Shown here one piece after another: positions 18,083 to 26,836 of a stretch of 29,751 nt of DNA. Every line of letters starts with the position of its first letter. Position 1 is the stretch's first letter. The stretch spans positions 62,001-91,751 of the IMG/VR virus record IMGVR_UViG_2609460245_000002; one strand, given 5' to 3'. The stretch is from an uncultured virus (IMG/VR IMGVR_UViG_2609460245_000002). Lineage: Duplodnaviria > Heunggongvirae > Uroviricota > Caudoviricetes. The translations under genes and the position numbers were made by a program. Below the pieces are notes generated by a model. It was not told where the DNA came from. It worked only from the letters and a program-made list of their open reading frames with translations, and ran no database searches.

Positions 18083-18087
18083 CAACT

Positions 18088-18375
18088 TTATTTGCGTTTG
18101 TTCATGGCAGCTTGTAGCCACTGCACGGCCCGCTTAGCTTCCCGGTTGAGCTTCCATGTGGCGGAGTTTCGCATTGCCTTCTCTCGCCGCTTGGCGGCCT
18201 TGTAGGCACCGATACAGTCCTTGTAAGGACGGCCATAGGCAGCACAGGCGTAGGATGCTGCGAGCTTCACAATGCGACTGTCAGGGTGGCGCCGGGCGCT
18301 TTCAAAAGTAATCCGGCGAACTCGGCAGGAAAGGTTATATTCCGCAGCGATGTTTTTTCCATACTTGCTCTTCAT
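18088..18375 (-). CDS. basic hypothetical protein
   Basis: 95 aa, ATGA overlap. Confidence 0.75.
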   Translation of the reverse strand: MKSKYGKNIAAEYNLSCRVRRITFESARRHPDSRIVKLAASYACAAYGRPYKDCIGAYKAAKRREKAMRNSATWKLNREAKRAVQWLQAAMNKRK

Positions 18376-18602
18376 TTGATGATTTCTCCTTTGTAGTTGA
18401 ATCGGCAGAGGATCGACTCGCAGCCCTCCTCTTCGTCGAAGAAGGATAGACGGATACCAGTATCTGCGGGATTGCAGAGGAATGATACAATCTCCTGAGC
18501 TTGACCGAAACTCCGCACAATTTGAGATTCCACAAACACGCCGGTTATGGTGACAAACCTAACTCGGCAATCGTAGGTTTCGAATATGGTTCGCAGCTTC
18601 AT
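18372..18602 (-). CDS. hypothetical protein
   Basis: 76 aa ORF in operon. Confidence 0.7.
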   Translation of the reverse strand: MKLRTIFETYDCRVRFVTITGVFVESQIVRSFGQAQEIVSFLCNPADTGIRLSFFDEEEGCESILCRFNYKGEIIK

Positions 18603-18616
18603 CCTAGCTCTCTCAG

Positions 18617-19069
18617 TTAATGCAAGATTTGCGTTTTCAGATTGGGGCGCGGGTCGATATCAATGGCATTCTCCTTTGAGGCGAAAAGGATAGACCAATC
18701 CGACAGGTAGTCTTTTGCTGTCATATCTTTTTGGCGTATATGCTGCCATGCGGTCATGTAACTATACTCTTCGATCTCGTTCACGGGAGTGGTATATGCC
18801 GGGCTTTCAACATCAGTAAACACGATCCGAGGGTTCGCCAGATAAAGATCGGGTGACTCGTATTGAATGTGAAACACTCGGCAATCTTCGTCCAAGGTGA
18901 CGATTGCAAGTCGATGATTGGGTGCTACCGGGCTCAATCCCGAATCGTATTCGTCATGCACCGCGTAGTCCCGGATATGCTTTCGAATACTCTCTACAGC
19001 TTCCGTAAGGAAACTACGGACAGTTTGAACGCTGTAGGCGGAATCCAAACGGATAATCAGGGTATTCAT
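18617..19069 (-). CDS. hypothetical protein
   Basis: MNTLIIRLDS after AGGAGA. Confidence 0.75.
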   Translation of the reverse strand: MNTLIIRLDSAYSVQTVRSFLTEAVESIRKHIRDYAVHDEYDSGLSPVAPNHRLAIVTLDEDCRVFHIQYESPDLYLANPRIVFTDVESPAYTTPVNEIEEYSYMTAWQHIRQKDMTAKDYLSDWSILFASKENAIDIDPRPNLKTQILH

Positions 19070-19123
19070 GCTTTTATCTCCTATTGTGAGCCCCGGCAAG
19101 CCGGGGCTGTGATAATCAGTTGG

Positions 19124-19294
19124 TTACGGTTTCCATCCTGACCGGGCAATATACTTGACCATTTTATCGATCAGTTTCTTTCTAGAGGCTTTCAAGGAAG
19201 GCCGAGCTTGCATGGTAGCTTTCTTACCGCCGCAGGCAGAAATCAGACCGTTGATTGCTTTGCATTGGTAGGAATCAGTATATTGGCGTTTCAT
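19124..19294 (-). CDS. small basic hypothetical protein (56 aa)
   Basis: MKRQYTDSYQCKAING...GWKP*; followed by hairpin AGCCCCGG-4 nt-CCGGGGCT (19089-19108). Confidence 0.6.
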   Translation of the reverse strand: MKRQYTDSYQCKAINGLISACGGKKATMQARPSLKASRKKLIDKMVKYIARSGWKP

Positions 19295-19321
19295 TTGTCA
19301 GTACCCCTAGTAGGATTTTCT

Positions 19322-19534
19322 TCAGGCTGCCAGTTCGAGCATTGCCACATCATGGGCGTCTTTGAACAGGATAGCGGCTTCAGAGACACTATACCCGCGC
19401 TCCACCATGAATGCAACCCACTTTTCACTGCTACGGGCATCGCGGGCTTGGATGGTCTGGCCCTTGCGCAGGTGAGCGCAATGGTTAACCTTGATCTCGG
19501 CTACGATGTACTCTTGGATTTTGATCTGGCTCAT
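19322..19534 (-). CDS. hypothetical protein
   Basis: MSQIKIQEYI after AGGA, downstream of a promoter. Confidence 0.7.
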   Translation of the reverse strand: MSQIKIQEYIVAEIKVNHCAHLRKGQTIQARDARSSEKWVAFMVERGYSVSEAAILFKDAHDVAMLELAA

Positions 19535-19570
19535 CGGGTCAGTCCTGACGTTGTTTGCTGATGTGGGTGC

Positions 19571-19599
19571 ATTATGGGGCCCTTTTCGGGCCCCGTCAA
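19571..19599 (-). promoter_or_regulatory. sigma70 promoter with GC hairpin in the spacer
   Basis: TTGACG-17 bp-CATAAT; GGGGCCC...GGGCCCC inverted repeat. Confidence 0.7.
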
Positions 19600-19602
19600 G
19601 CA

Positions 19603-20130
19603 TTAGATACCTAATTCCGCGTATTTTTCCATCTTGCGTTCTGCGGGAGCCATAATCATGGCCATGGTGGCGTTTTCGGTCCAGTCGGCGATCACTTCGC
19701 CAGCGCTGTTACCGTAGATTGCCCACATAGAGCCGACGATGTTGGCCGGGCCGTCACCCTTTCGGAAGCGGATGATATCTTCGTCGGTCGATTGCAGGCT
19801 GTCAGAAATTTCCTTGATATCGGTAGACTTCTTCACTACCCACTCGCCATCGCTGCCATCCTTCACGCTAACGGTGAAGCCGGTACGGATTGCACGCATT
19901 ACTGCCGCCATCACTACTGCTTTTTCAGCCCGAATGCGCTTTTGGACCAGTTCACGCGCTTTGATATCCTCGACGAGTGCTGCACAATCGTACTGGCGGA
20001 CACCCGGCTTGCGGTAGGCGTTACGCAGGGCGATGCGGAACAGGGTGGCGTAGGGCAGGCTAGTGCCAGAGGCCTTGTCCATGCGGGCGACGTAGTGGGC
20101 GTATGCGAAAGTGTTCATTGGCTTGTTCAT
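19603..20130 (-). CDS. hypothetical early protein
   Basis: MNKPMNTF after CCCGGAGA leader. Confidence 0.8.
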   Translation of the reverse strand: MNKPMNTFAYAHYVARMDKASGTSLPYATLFRIALRNAYRKPGVRQYDCAALVEDIKARELVQKRIRAEKAVVMAAVMRAIRTGFTVSVKDGSDGEWVVKKSTDIKEISDSLQSTDEDIIRFRKGDGPANIVGSMWAIYGNSAGEVIADWTENATMAMIMAPAERKMEKYAELGI

Positions 20131-20181
20131 GGTGAGTCTCCGGGTTTGTGGTTTTGCCTGCCGGCGGTTTGTCTTGCTTGA

Positions 20182-20214
20182 GGGCCATTCTACGCGAACG
20201 GCCCAAGCTGTCAA
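20182..20214 (-). promoter_or_regulatory. early sigma70 promoter, palindromic cassette
   Basis: TTGACA-16 bp-TAGAAT; GGGCCATTC-N5-GAACGGCCC. Confidence 0.85.
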
Positions 20215-20278
20215 CCCTACAAACCGAAGATTTTCAAAATTTCTTTCGAAGCCTCACAGGCCGGATCGTCCCCTAGGT

Positions 20279-20698
20279 CTAGGGGTAGTTGCTCCGAAGG
20301 ATCGGGGCCAGAGCTTGTGTGACAACCGCAGCGATCATGCCAGCCTTGAGTAGGCCCACCCATTGGGCAATGGTTACTTCCTTGACGCAAACCGCCGCAT
20401 CCTTGCGGAATACACACTGCCGGATACCAGTCCTTACATGCTGCCTGTCCACCTCATACATTTTGATTGAGGCGCTGGAGTGCTCGGTCAGATTGCTGTA
20501 GTAGTCCCCGAACCAGTCATCTAGTTGTTTAGGAGACGTGAAGGCGAAATACTCAAAATGGCGGACATCAGGTATCCCGTCATGCTCCGGTACGGGCCGC
20601 TCGGGAGTGGAGGACGTATCAATCTCCATACCATAGTTAACATACGGTCCCTCGCCGTTCCTGCACTCCACCCGATAAACTACAGTTTTGTCACCCAT
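20279..20698 (-). CDS. hypothetical protein
   Basis: 139 aa; VYRVE..GPY, P.P..DG, FAFTS..QL..WF pattern. Confidence 0.75.
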   Translation of the reverse strand: MGDKTVVYRVECRNGEGPYVNYGMEIDTSSTPERPVPEHDGIPDVRHFEYFAFTSPKQLDDWFGDYYSNLTEHSSASIKMYEVDRQHVRTGIRQCVFRKDAAVCVKEVTIAQWVGLLKAGMIAAVVTQALAPILRSNYP

Positions 20699-20752
20699 GA
20701 CCGTCCCTCTAGATCACATTATTTGCTGGCTGTTCTACGCTTGTAATGCATC

Positions 20753-21083
20753 CTACTGCCCTTTTCGGGCTAAGTCAAAGATTACGAAGAACCAAAATTG
20801 CACCCACATTGCGTAGGATGAGCGCCCGTATTCGGACATTTCCTGATTGTTCATTTTGTATGCGGCTGCTAGGCCGCTTTCCTCGAAATAGTCATCAACG
20901 CCGGCGAATTCGCATCCCTCTGGGGTTGATGAGATACCGGCAGACATCATGACCGAGTTAACTGCCATTTCAACGGGCGAGGGGAACAAATGAATCTCCC
21001 GGAGACGGATGCACATATACCACGGCATTCCGTACTCAATTGCATAGTTCAGGCCTTTTTTGGAAAATTTCAGAAAGTTTCAT
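20753..21083 (-). CDS. hypothetical protein, YMC paralog 3 (extra base in run 21056-21061)
   Basis: MKLSEIFQK-GLNYAIEYGMPWYMCIRL...WVQFWFFVIFDLARKGQ; RBS AGGAG. Confidence 0.7.
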
Positions 21084-21094
21084 AGATACGTCTC

Positions 21095-21340
21095 CTATTC
21101 GGGGATTTTGTTGTGAATGGTGAACCGATGCATATCCGCCTTGTGGCGAGTCTCGATAACAGGCGTAAAAGGCGGGAAAACATCATTTGCCTTGCCGTAT
21201 TTCACTATCTGCTCAGCATACTTCTTTGCCAGCGCATGGGTAGTGAACAGAGTCGGCTCAAACTCTGGTCCAATGCTACCAGTGACGATGTAGCAGTGAT
21301 TCGGGCTTTCATTACCTGCGGTTCGATCAACGATGGCCAT
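21095..21340 (-). CDS. hypothetical protein
   Basis: 81 aa, RBS AAGGA, downstream of a promoter. Confidence 0.75.
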   Translation of the reverse strand: MAIVDRTAGNESPNHCYIVTGSIGPEFEPTLFTTHALAKKYAEQIVKYGKANDVFPPFTPVIETRHKADMHRFTIHNKIPE

Positions 21341-21387
21341 TTTCTGTATCCTTTTGAGTGGGGCGCTTATGCACCCCTTGGCTAGGC

Positions 21388-21415
21388 ATTCTACGCTAGG
21401 TGGCTAGACTGTCAA
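21388..21415 (-). promoter_or_regulatory. early sigma70 promoter
   Basis: TTGACA-16 bp-TAGAAT. Confidence 0.8.
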
Positions 21416-21993
21416 GCGTTATCTTTGAAATGTTCGAGAATTGACAGCTCCACCTGTGAATGGTCGATCTCGAAAGCTTCGTATGTGTCTATGTCACTGG
21501 ACCGTGCCACCGACTCCGCTATCGCCACCAGTTTGTCAGGTAGTTGGTGGGATTGGAACATAGAATTACCTGAGACTCCAGCTACGATGAAAGGGATGGC
21601 CCATACACTCACATCTGCCTCATACACTTCTACAATCCATGACGGATCAAAGTTATCCTCTGGAAAACAGCTAGCTTGGTGGCTAGCGTTAGGGCACGAA
21701 TAATCATCCTCTACGCAATCCTGAAACTCTTCGGGAATGTCAACCACCAGAGCATAGATTTTACCTCCTTCGGCCATCATAGCCTGCTGCAATTGGGCCT
21801 GTTCTAGGCAACGAACGATGCATTCTGCCTTAGCATCCTCCTCTTCGTCGTGCCACTCCATCTTGCCTACGTTGTAAAAGTAGGACATTCCGTCATTGTC
21901 CGAAACGTCCCAAGGTGCGGCCAATCCTTCCTTGCCTTGACGGTTCATGATAGCTTTCAGGCCTTTTGCAGTGGTCCCATGAACTAGCAGCAT
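21412..21993 (-). CDS. acidic early protein with N-terminal HGT motif (possible ART-like fold)
   Basis: MLLVHGTTAKGLKAIM; 193 aa; CCCGGAGA leader. Confidence 0.8.
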   Translation of the reverse strand: MLLVHGTTAKGLKAIMNRQGKEGLAAPWDVSDNDGMSYFYNVGKMEWHDEEEDAKAECIVRCLEQAQLQQAMMAEGGKIYALVVDIPEEFQDCVEDDYSCPNASHQASCFPEDNFDPSWIVEVYEADVSVWAIPFIVAGVSGNSMFQSHQLPDKLVAIAESVARSSDIDTYEAFEIDHSQVELSILEHFKDNA

Positions 21994-22051
21994 TTTATTG
22001 ATCTCCGGGTTTCAGATTGAGCCTTTCGGCTGTTTTCCTTTCTTGAGGCCT

Positions 22052-22103
22052 ATTCTACAGGTACAAAAAACGCCCGTCAAGCATTATTTCAGCCTGACGG
22101 GCG
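22052..22103 (-). promoter_or_regulatory. terminator hairpin fused to a sigma70 promoter
   Basis: CGCCCGTCA...TGACGGGCG plus T6 on the - strand; its 3' arm supplies TTGACG, 17 bp from TAGAAT. Confidence 0.75.
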
Positions 22104-22108
22104 ATATT

Positions 22109-22501
22109 TTACAGCATTGCCAGCTTGGGAAGAGCATCGACAGTGGTTTCCCAGCAGGCTACAGGCCGCTTCGATTCGCTGTCATACTCTAGCATGATGG
22201 CACGGTCACTATCCTGATGAATCCACTCCTCTAGCAGACCGTCGTTATGAGTATTCCAGTTTATCCAACCTAGAGCATCTAGCCTCACCTCCACCGGGAA
22301 GGCTGCAAACTCTGATTTAAGTTTGGACAGTTGCTCTTCGGCATGCCCAGCGTAGGCAAAGCGTTCTGCGATGTTCTGAGCGGCCGCGCCTGAGAAAAAC
22401 TCTACAGTACGAAGCCAGCGGCTTTCATAGTATTTCACTCGACGGATGATGACGGCGGCACGGCTACGGTATTGTTTGTTGGTGATATGTGGAGCGATCA
22501 T
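22109..22501 (-). CDS. hypothetical protein
   Basis: 130 aa, ATGA overlap. Confidence 0.75.
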   Translation of the reverse strand: MIAPHITNKQYRSRAAVIIRRVKYYESRWLRTVEFFSGAAAQNIAERFAYAGHAEEQLSKLKSEFAAFPVEVRLDALGWINWNTHNDGLLEEWIHQDSDRAIMLEYDSESKRPVACWETTVDALPKLAML

Positions 22502-22764
22502 GGTAGTTCATCCTCTGCGATCAGTTGGCAGGTAAAATCGTAGTCGAAAACAAAGCGAGGGTCAACCTGAATATTGAACCGGCTAAGGTAGCGGGTCAGC
22601 CGGGCGTCCGCATTGGTCGCCACCCATGCATCGCCCCACTCCTCGGCCTCCTCTAACAGCCGAGTATTGCACTCGGCTGCTTGTCCCGGGAGTGTGTGGT
22701 CGATGATGTAGTCATCACATTGGACAGCGGAGCAAAGGGTCAGGGTTAAGGCTAGAATCGACAT
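22498..22764 (-). CDS. secreted-type small Cys-containing protein
   Basis: hydrophobic N-terminus MSILALTLTLCSAVQC; 4 Cys. Confidence 0.7.
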   Translation of the reverse strand: MSILALTLTLCSAVQCDDYIIDHTLPGQAAECNTRLLEEAEEWGDAWVATNADARLTRYLSRFNIQVDPRFVFDYDFTCQLIAEDELP

Positions 22765-22796
22765 CGGAGCATTCCTGTTTTGATTGAGATTGCAGA

Positions 22797-23021
22797 CTAC
22801 AGCAGCTCATACCGATAGTCAAGCTTCATTTGGCGGCACAGTTTGTTCCATTTCACCAGCAGGCGAAGTGCAGCAGGCATCGGCAGAGCCTCGGTCCAGT
22901 CGGGATCACCGCCGCAGAAGCCCAGTGATTCGCTGAAGTGGGCATCGGTAAATAGTGTGATCTCGCCATCCCGCTTTCCGCCGACAACCCGGACGCCTTT
23001 GCACCAGTTAGCTTGTGTCAT
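22797..23021 (-). CDS. hypothetical protein
   Basis: 74 aa, ATGA overlap. Confidence 0.7.
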   Translation of the reverse strand: MTQANWCKGVRVVGGKRDGEITLFTDAHFSESLGFCGGDPDWTEALPMPAALRLLVKWNKLCRQMKLDYRYELL

Positions 23022-23344
23022 TCACCCCTTTCCTCTAGTTGCCCGATGACAGTTTTCCACCATATTACCCGCATATTGTAGGCCGATGGGGAAATGAAGA
23101 AATCCCACTCTTCCTGATCCCACGCCTCCTTATGATAAACCCCCGGAAGCTCTGCCCTGAGCTTGGCGTGTAACGTGGGGAAGCATTCGTCCTGTTCTTC
23201 GGGGTTGAGCAATTCCTCGATAAATTTCATAACTACAGACCGTTGGTCCCGGCTCAAGTCCATCTCTATAACACAAGCACACATAAACGAATGCGGCTGA
23301 TAGCTAGATTCCAACTGGTCCTTCAGGATAGCGGAGATTTTCAT
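23018..23344 (-). CDS. hypothetical protein, divergent YMC-family paralog 4
   Basis: MKISAILK...FMCAC...[18 protein letters not shown]. Confidence 0.75.
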   Translation of the reverse strand: MKISAILKDQLESSYQPHSFMCACVIEMDLSRDQRSVVMKFIEELLNPEEQDECFPTLHAKLRAELPGVYHKEAWDQEEWDFFISPSAYNMRVIWWKTVIGQLEERGE

Positions 23345-23361
23345 TCTGTTGTCCCTTTTGG

Positions 23362-23557
23362 TTAGATAGCAGACTTAGCGGCATCGATTGCGGATTCTTT
23401 ATACTCGAACGGGCCCCAATGGAAGCCGACAGGCTCACTCAAGCTAGTTCCGAAAAACGCTCACGATGTAGCAGCCATAAACATCCTCATAGACGGTTGC
23501 GGTAAGACTATCACCGCTTGCGTAGTCTTCACTTTTGAACTGAGCTACAGCTTCCAT
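23362..23557 (-). CDS. small hypothetical protein (extra base in run at about 23453-23457)
   Basis: MEAVAQFKSEDY joins GPFEYKESAIDAAKSAI*; CCCGGAGA leader. Confidence 0.6.
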
Positions 23558-23604
23558 TTTTTGAGTCTCCGGGTTTATTTTATCTGATGTTTAGTGAAAT
23601 TAAA

Positions 23605-23805
23605 TCATGCGAAGTGGACGACTTTAGAATGGCGAATATAAGTAGCGTCCATGGTGGTTAGATAGCAACTAGACGCAACACCGCGATTATTAATCGCTCG
23701 GTATTCAGATGGTGACACACGGATCAACTTATCACCCGTCGCTTTGTAGTAGGTAGTTTTATTGGTCCGGCGGTTGATAGTTTCTTGCATGACTAAGCTT
23801 TTCAT
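23605..23805 (-). CDS. hypothetical protein
   Basis: MKSLVMQET after AGGAGG. Confidence 0.75.
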   Translation of the reverse strand: MKSLVMQETINRRTNKTTYYKATGDKLIRVSPSEYRAINNRGVASSCYLTTMDATYIRHSKVVHFA

Positions 23806-23841
23806 TTCTAGCCTCCTAATGGGCGGTTTGTCTTGCTTGAG

Positions 23842-23873
23842 GGCCATTCTACAGGAATGGCCTAGGCTGTCAA
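23842..23873 (-). promoter_or_regulatory. early sigma70 promoter, palindromic cassette
   Basis: TTGACA-16 bp-TAGAAT; 50 bp (23826-23875) identical to 26303-26352. Confidence 0.85.
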
Positions 23874-23877
23874 GCAT

Positions 23878-24072
23878 TTATTTTCTGTCGTCTTTCAGTG
23901 TGTAGGGCCAGCCTAGCGCTTGCCAAGCCCGGAATTTGGCTACCGTTTTAAGAGCGTGCGTTTGATTGATACAGAATCCTAGCACGGTCACCCGGTCACC
24001 TCTATAACCGGGCTCAGTACGGATGATGGCCCACCTCTGGCCCCGTTTCTCTGTCGAGTAAGAGGCCGTCAC
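23878..24072 (-). CDS. hypothetical protein
   Basis: 64 aa, GTGA overlap. Confidence 0.65.
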   Translation of the reverse strand: MTASYSTEKRGQRWAIIRTEPGYRGDRVTVLGFCINQTHALKTVAKFRAWQALGWPYTLKDDRK

Positions 24073-24422
24073 TGGTAACGCTCGATATCACGCAGAGTCT
24101 TAAGAGCATCGTTGTGCCCTATGCTCAGGTTAGGATGATACCCGTACTCACTCAGAGCGTCGATTGCAGCCCGGTTAATGCCCTTCCATTCTACCCATGC
24201 CGCAATGACAGTCCCGGTAACCCGGACGCTCTCAGCACCATACACAACAAACCGGGAGTTATGGTAACTCACTCGAAGGATGTTATGCCCAGCCTTGTTT
24301 GAAATGTAACAGGTGGAGCCGTGGCCGTTCATTTTCTCCCCTCGGCCAGTAGAAGCTAGCTCTAAGGCTAGGTCGATCTTAGGCCCCAAGGCCTTTAGCT
24401 GGGATTTATTAAGCTGTCGCAT
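24069..24422 (-). CDS. hypothetical protein
   Basis: MRQLNKSQLK after AAGGAG. Confidence 0.75.
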   Translation of the reverse strand: MRQLNKSQLKALGPKIDLALELASTGRGEKMNGHGSTCYISNKAGHNILRVSYHNSRFVVYGAESVRVTGTVIAAWVEWKGINRAAIDALSEYGYHPNLSIGHNDALKTLRDIERYQ

Positions 24423-24761
24423 TACCGGTCTCCTTTGTAGCAAGCCGAACCTGCCGTTGTCTGATACTGAGAGGGAAACCACTTCACTCCCCATGCGGTC
24501 AGTTGGGCTTGTAGTTGCCTTGTCAGGTTTTGCCCTTGGCTAGCCTTGCGAGTTTCCTTGTAATGAATCTCCCCATCTGCTTGCACCATGACCCCGGACA
24601 TACCCTGCCCTACGAGCGTCATATACGACAATTCTGTGCTTGTTCTTGTGATCCTGATACAAGACTACCTTGCATCCGTTTGGAGCCGCTAGGCTCCGCA
24701 CGGTTCGTTCTAGGCCCATCATCTTACACTGATTGAATGGTGCGTAAACAGATTCGTCCAT
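24422..24761 (-). CDS. hypothetical protein (apparent frameshift at about 24615)
   Basis: MDESVYAPF start; second frame ends in TAATG coupling at 24422. Confidence 0.55.
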
Positions 24762-24765
24762 TGTG

Positions 24766-25437
24766 TTAACCCTTCGCAATGAGATCGACAGTTTTCTTTG
24801 CTGTGCCGTGGGCACGGAAGCCGATAATATATTCCCGGTCGGCCACTTGGCACAAGCCGCACGACTTACAATTCACCTTGTCGCTTTTCTCAGCCGGACA
24901 AGCTACCACTTTACGTCCTTTCGGCGTAAAGCTTACATTCTCCGCGTCCATCGGGAGAATAGTCACTACAGGGGCGATGTTCAGGTCGGCCAGTTCATCG
25001 GCGTGCGCTACATTGTTGCCCGACAGGTTGATAGTAAACCCGCTACGATTGGCCGACAATACGTGCTGGCGGTTCATGAAATTGTTCATCGGGTAATGTG
25101 TGTAGGTGAAGCCGCGACGACCTTTGTTAGCCTTCACCAGTTCCATCAGGGCGATCCCATCGATAACGTCATCCTGACCCACGAGATCGCCAGCTTGATT
25201 ATGACGCCACAAATCCCCACGGGAGATAGACCGCACTTGCTTAAGGAACTCTTTCCACTCTACGCCACGTTCACCCTTGCTTAGCTTTTTCCAGTGAATA
25301 GCAGTAGGCCCATAAGCGGCATAGCAGCCTTTAGCCTTGAGAGGGCAGGCATCCGGGCAGGTGCCGTTATGAGACGTGCTAACAGGCATGGGACCGGTTT
25401 TGCTGTTTTTGGAAACGAGATTGAGAGTGAAGTTCAT
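24766..25437 (-). CDS. Cys-rich protein, radical-SAM-like pattern
   Basis: NSKTG, TCPDACP..GCYA (Cx3Cx6C), WRHNQAGD, FTYTH, INLS, CPA..VNCKSCGLC, FRAHG. Confidence 0.8.
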   Translation of the reverse strand: MNFTLNLVSKNSKTGPMPVSTSHNGTCPDACPLKAKGCYAAYGPTAIHWKKLSKGERGVEWKEFLKQVRSISRGDLWRHNQAGDLVGQDDVIDGIALMELVKANKGRRGFTYTHYPMNNFMNRQHVLSANRSGFTINLSGNNVAHADELADLNIAPVVTILPMDAENVSFTPKGRKVVACPAEKSDKVNCKSCGLCQVADREYIIGFRAHGTAKKTVDLIAKG

Positions 25438-25457
25438 GACGATTGTCCTTTGTCTAG

Positions 25458-25895
25458 CTAGGCGGCCTGTCCGCCTTTCTTGCTGACCATTCTACAGGAG
25501 GCGGGAACCTTGTCAACTGTTTTCAAAACAAACCACACAAAAATCGAGAAAGACAGGATGGTCCAGAACATCCAAGGTTTTACACTGCTTAACAGGATGG
25601 CTCTACGGTGAACCTCTTCCGGTACGCTGTACCCTTGGACATTGGTAGGCTCATCCTCTGGCAGACCGTAGGCCCGGGCACGTTGCTTCATTATCTTCCG
25701 GCGTCGGGCTTTTAGTACCTTAGCCATTTCGTTGTATTCTTCCGGGTCCGTTGCATCCCTGACCCGTCGCAATTGTCCCTCTAGCTTATCTACCTCGGTC
25801 AGCTTGCTAAGGTAGGGGTCTATCCTATCCCTCAGCGGCGTTTCATCCTCGGTCTGGTCTTGAACCCACGACGGGAGCCGCTGTCGTCTAGCCAT
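25458..25895 (-). CDS. hypothetical protein with C-terminal TM segment
   Basis: 145 aa; WMFWTILSFSIFVWFVL hydrophobic stretch; 3' end runs over the next promoter. Confidence 0.65.
   Translation of the reverse strand: MARRQRLPSWVQDQTEDETPLRDRIDPYLSKLTEVDKLEGQLRRVRDATDPEEYNEMAKVLKARRRKIMKQRARAYGLPEDEPTNVQGYSVPEEVHRRAILLSSVKPWMFWTILSFSIFVWFVLKTVDKVPASCRMVSKKGGQAA
25489..25516 (-). promoter_or_regulatory. early sigma70 promoter
   Basis: TTGACA-16 bp-TAGAAT. Confidence 0.8.
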
Positions 25896-26037
25896 AACAT
25901 ACCGCCCACTGTCCCGAAGTCTTAAAGAGTTTTATGTCCTTTTGAGCGGGCAGACCGGCGAACTCCGGCATGGCGAACAACCATGCAAGGCAAAAAGCAT
26001 GGCGAGCATCGGGACAGGGTACGCATTGACGAACCAT
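25888..26037 (-). CDS. small hypothetical protein
   Basis: MVRQCVPCPD after GGAG. Confidence 0.6.
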   Translation of the reverse strand: MVRQCVPCPDARHAFCLAWLFAMPEFAGLPAQKDIKLFKTSGQWAVCYG

Positions 26038-26131
26038 TTTTGGTATCTCCGCTAGGGTTGAGAATCCTAAAACCACTCGACGAATGGGCTTAGGATTGCC
26101 GGCGAATCGGCCCACCGGCGAGGCACAAACC

Positions 26132-26279
26132 TTACATATCGCTACTGAAGTCGAAAGCTCGGCCTCGGCTAGCTTTGCGATTGTCACGCGATTTGCGGGA
26201 CTCTTTACGTTCGGAACGTTTTGGCGGCCTCGAACTGGTAAGCGGAATCGAAGTCGGAAGCCTTGATAGAACGTGCCAT
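26132..26279 (-). CDS. small basic protein (extra base in run 26219-26222)
   Basis: MARSIKASDFDSAYQFEAA-KRSERKESRKSRDNRKASRGRAFDFSSDM*; RBS AAGGAG. Confidence 0.65.
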
Positions 26280-26318
26280 TTTTGAATCTCCTTTCTGTTT
26301 AAGTTTGTCTTGCTTGAG

Positions 26319-26350
26319 GGCCATTCTACAGGAATGGCCTAGGCTGTCAA
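26319..26350 (-). promoter_or_regulatory. early sigma70 promoter, palindromic cassette
   Basis: TTGACA-16 bp-TAGAAT with GGCCATTC-N5-GAATGGCC. Confidence 0.85.
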
Positions 26351-26354
26351 GCTT

Positions 26355-26663
26355 TTAATCGAATTTATATTCGATTCCGTTTACCTTGGCGCGGGTCAGA
26401 GTCTCAAGGTTGATAGTGCGGAAAGCGGATTTACCCTCTTCCATGTTCAGCACCTCGGCGGCGGTATACAGGTGCGGCTTGCCGGCGCTGGTGGGCTTGC
26501 GGGTCGCAAACTGGCCGTTAGCGTACGCCGACTTGATCTGGCGCTTGCACGTCATCTTTCGAATGGTGCCGTCTGCCTTGATGAACTCGACGCTGAAGAA
26601 ACTGCCATCCTTCGCTTCGTCGAGAATGGAGCGCTTGCGGTCTACACTTACAGACTTAGCCAT
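26355..26663 (-). CDS. WYL_2/Sm-like SH3 beta-barrel protein
   Basis: FSVEFIKADGTIRKM...FRTINL pattern; RBS AAGGAGG. Confidence 0.7.
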   Translation of the reverse strand: MAKSVSVDRKRSILDEAKDGSFFSVEFIKADGTIRKMTCKRQIKSAYANGQFATRKPTSAGKPHLYTAAEVLNMEEGKSAFRTINLETLTRAKVNGIEYKFD

Positions 26664-26791
26664 TACTTAGCCTCCTTTTTGTTCAGCTTGACAGCCCAGC
26701 GTTTTTCAGCTTGAGTGCCGTTGTCTACCACTTTGCGGCCATTGGTGGCCATTGCACGGGCTTGGGTGCGGGTTTTGAAGAACATTTGCAT
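26663..26791 (-). CDS. small basic protein (42 aa)
   Basis: MQMFFKTRTQARAMA...KRWAVKL; RBS GAGGAG; TAATG coupling. Confidence 0.7.
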   Translation of the reverse strand: MQMFFKTRTQARAMATNGRKVVDNGTQAEKRWAVKLNKKEAK

Positions 26792-26836
26792 CTGCTTTCT
26801 CCTCGCCTGTCGGCGTCTTCGTTGTCTGTGGGTGCT

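Noticed and set aside
24763..25284. 173 aa + strand ORF
   Set aside because: Antisense to the Cys-rich gene, which has a promoter, RBS and motifs
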